From Octopus sinensis (Eukaryota): a stretch of DNA of 64,000 nucleotides. The notes under the pieces are model-generated. The model saw only the letters and a list, made by a program, of their open reading frames with translations, was not told the origin of the DNA and made no database searches. Positions 63,330 to 64,000 of this stretch are shown here, in pieces (positions within the stretch are counted from its first letter, which is position 1; every line of letters begins with the position of its first letter). The DNA is taken from assembly GCF_006345805.1 (NCBI RefSeq), contig NC_043006.1, forward strand, positions 13,020,001 to 13,084,000. Reading direction: 5' to 3'. The translations under genes and the position numbers were made by a program.

Positions 63330-63900
63330 GAGTTATACAATTTCGCAAGAAAAATGATAAAAGAGTTGCATCCAGGCATTTTGGATCACCTTCAACAGAG
63401 AAAATAGGGAATCATAGGCGGAAACAAGAGAAAAAGTTTAAGCAGTGTAATCAAAGCACAATTTTTACACTAGAAAGCAAGATGAGAGGAATTCTATGAA
63501 AATGAAAGAAAGCTTAGGTTGCAAAAAGGAACAAAGTTTAATATTACCCACTAAACAAATATTTTTTACGTTAAAGTAAATGAAGCGAAAGTGATCGGAT
63601 TTTTTGTATTGAAGATTGGTGCGATAGATTGATTGATTGATTGGATTTAGAAGAGCAAATCAGAAGATAAATAACACCAAAGATAATCGTAGAATATGAA
63701 AACAGAATTCTGGAGTTCATAAAGATCAGAAAAAAAAAGCAACTTGGAAATGGAACAGATTGCAAAATGGAGGAGTACCGTTGATGTTTGATGAACTTTC
63801 TAATGCAACAGTTGATCTTAAGACAGTAACTACTAAAACACACATTGATGAAATTATCATTATTCTGCAGCGCTGCCTTGTGCTCACATCACCATATTAC
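63330..63900 (+). mobile_element. Decayed pogo-like (DDE_1) transposase
   Basis: Frameshifted GGVPLMFDELSNATVDLKTVTTKT..IIIL resembles the pogo MDEVPLTFD..NRTV..KT motif; upstream WCDR-like motif. Confidence 0.5.
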
Positions 63901-64000
63901 GACTTTCACTAATATTTAACATCAAACCATCACCTAAAGAAAACATTCCGTGCAATCTTATATACGTTTAGAATAAATATTGCATGAAGATAAATGTTAC

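Overview
AT-rich, microsatellite-dense eukaryotic DNA with one 100-N gap. The repeat set (three tRNA-derived SINE families, R4/Dong, Tx1, CR1, RTE, Penelope-like elements, Helitrons, mariner/pogo relics) looks like an octopus (coleoid cephalopod) intergenic or long-intron region; the taxon is an inference from repeat resemblance. No intact host protein-coding gene can be supported, and almost all ORF-track entries are microsatellite or SINE read-throughs. The only recognisable host-gene sequence is a processed RPL36A (eL42) pseudogene followed by a fold-back inverted partial copy of itself (60352-60904). Main observations: (1) a recurrent class of fold-back or inverted duplications, most of which end in a (TA)n tract, including snap-back structures at the 5' ends of two different retro-inserts; (2) several minimal type-I hammerhead ribozyme motifs in Penelope-like terminal repeats; (3) SINE-LINE tail sharing visible inside the window (SINE-A with Tx1, SINE-B with CR1); (4) two same-strand clusters of R4/Dong 3' ends in (TAA)n arrays and a Tx1 element embedded in (CTAT)n. 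Coordinates and identities were read by eye; repeat boundaries are approximate. SINE-A/B/C/D, element E, P1/P2 and H1/H2 are working labels of mine.
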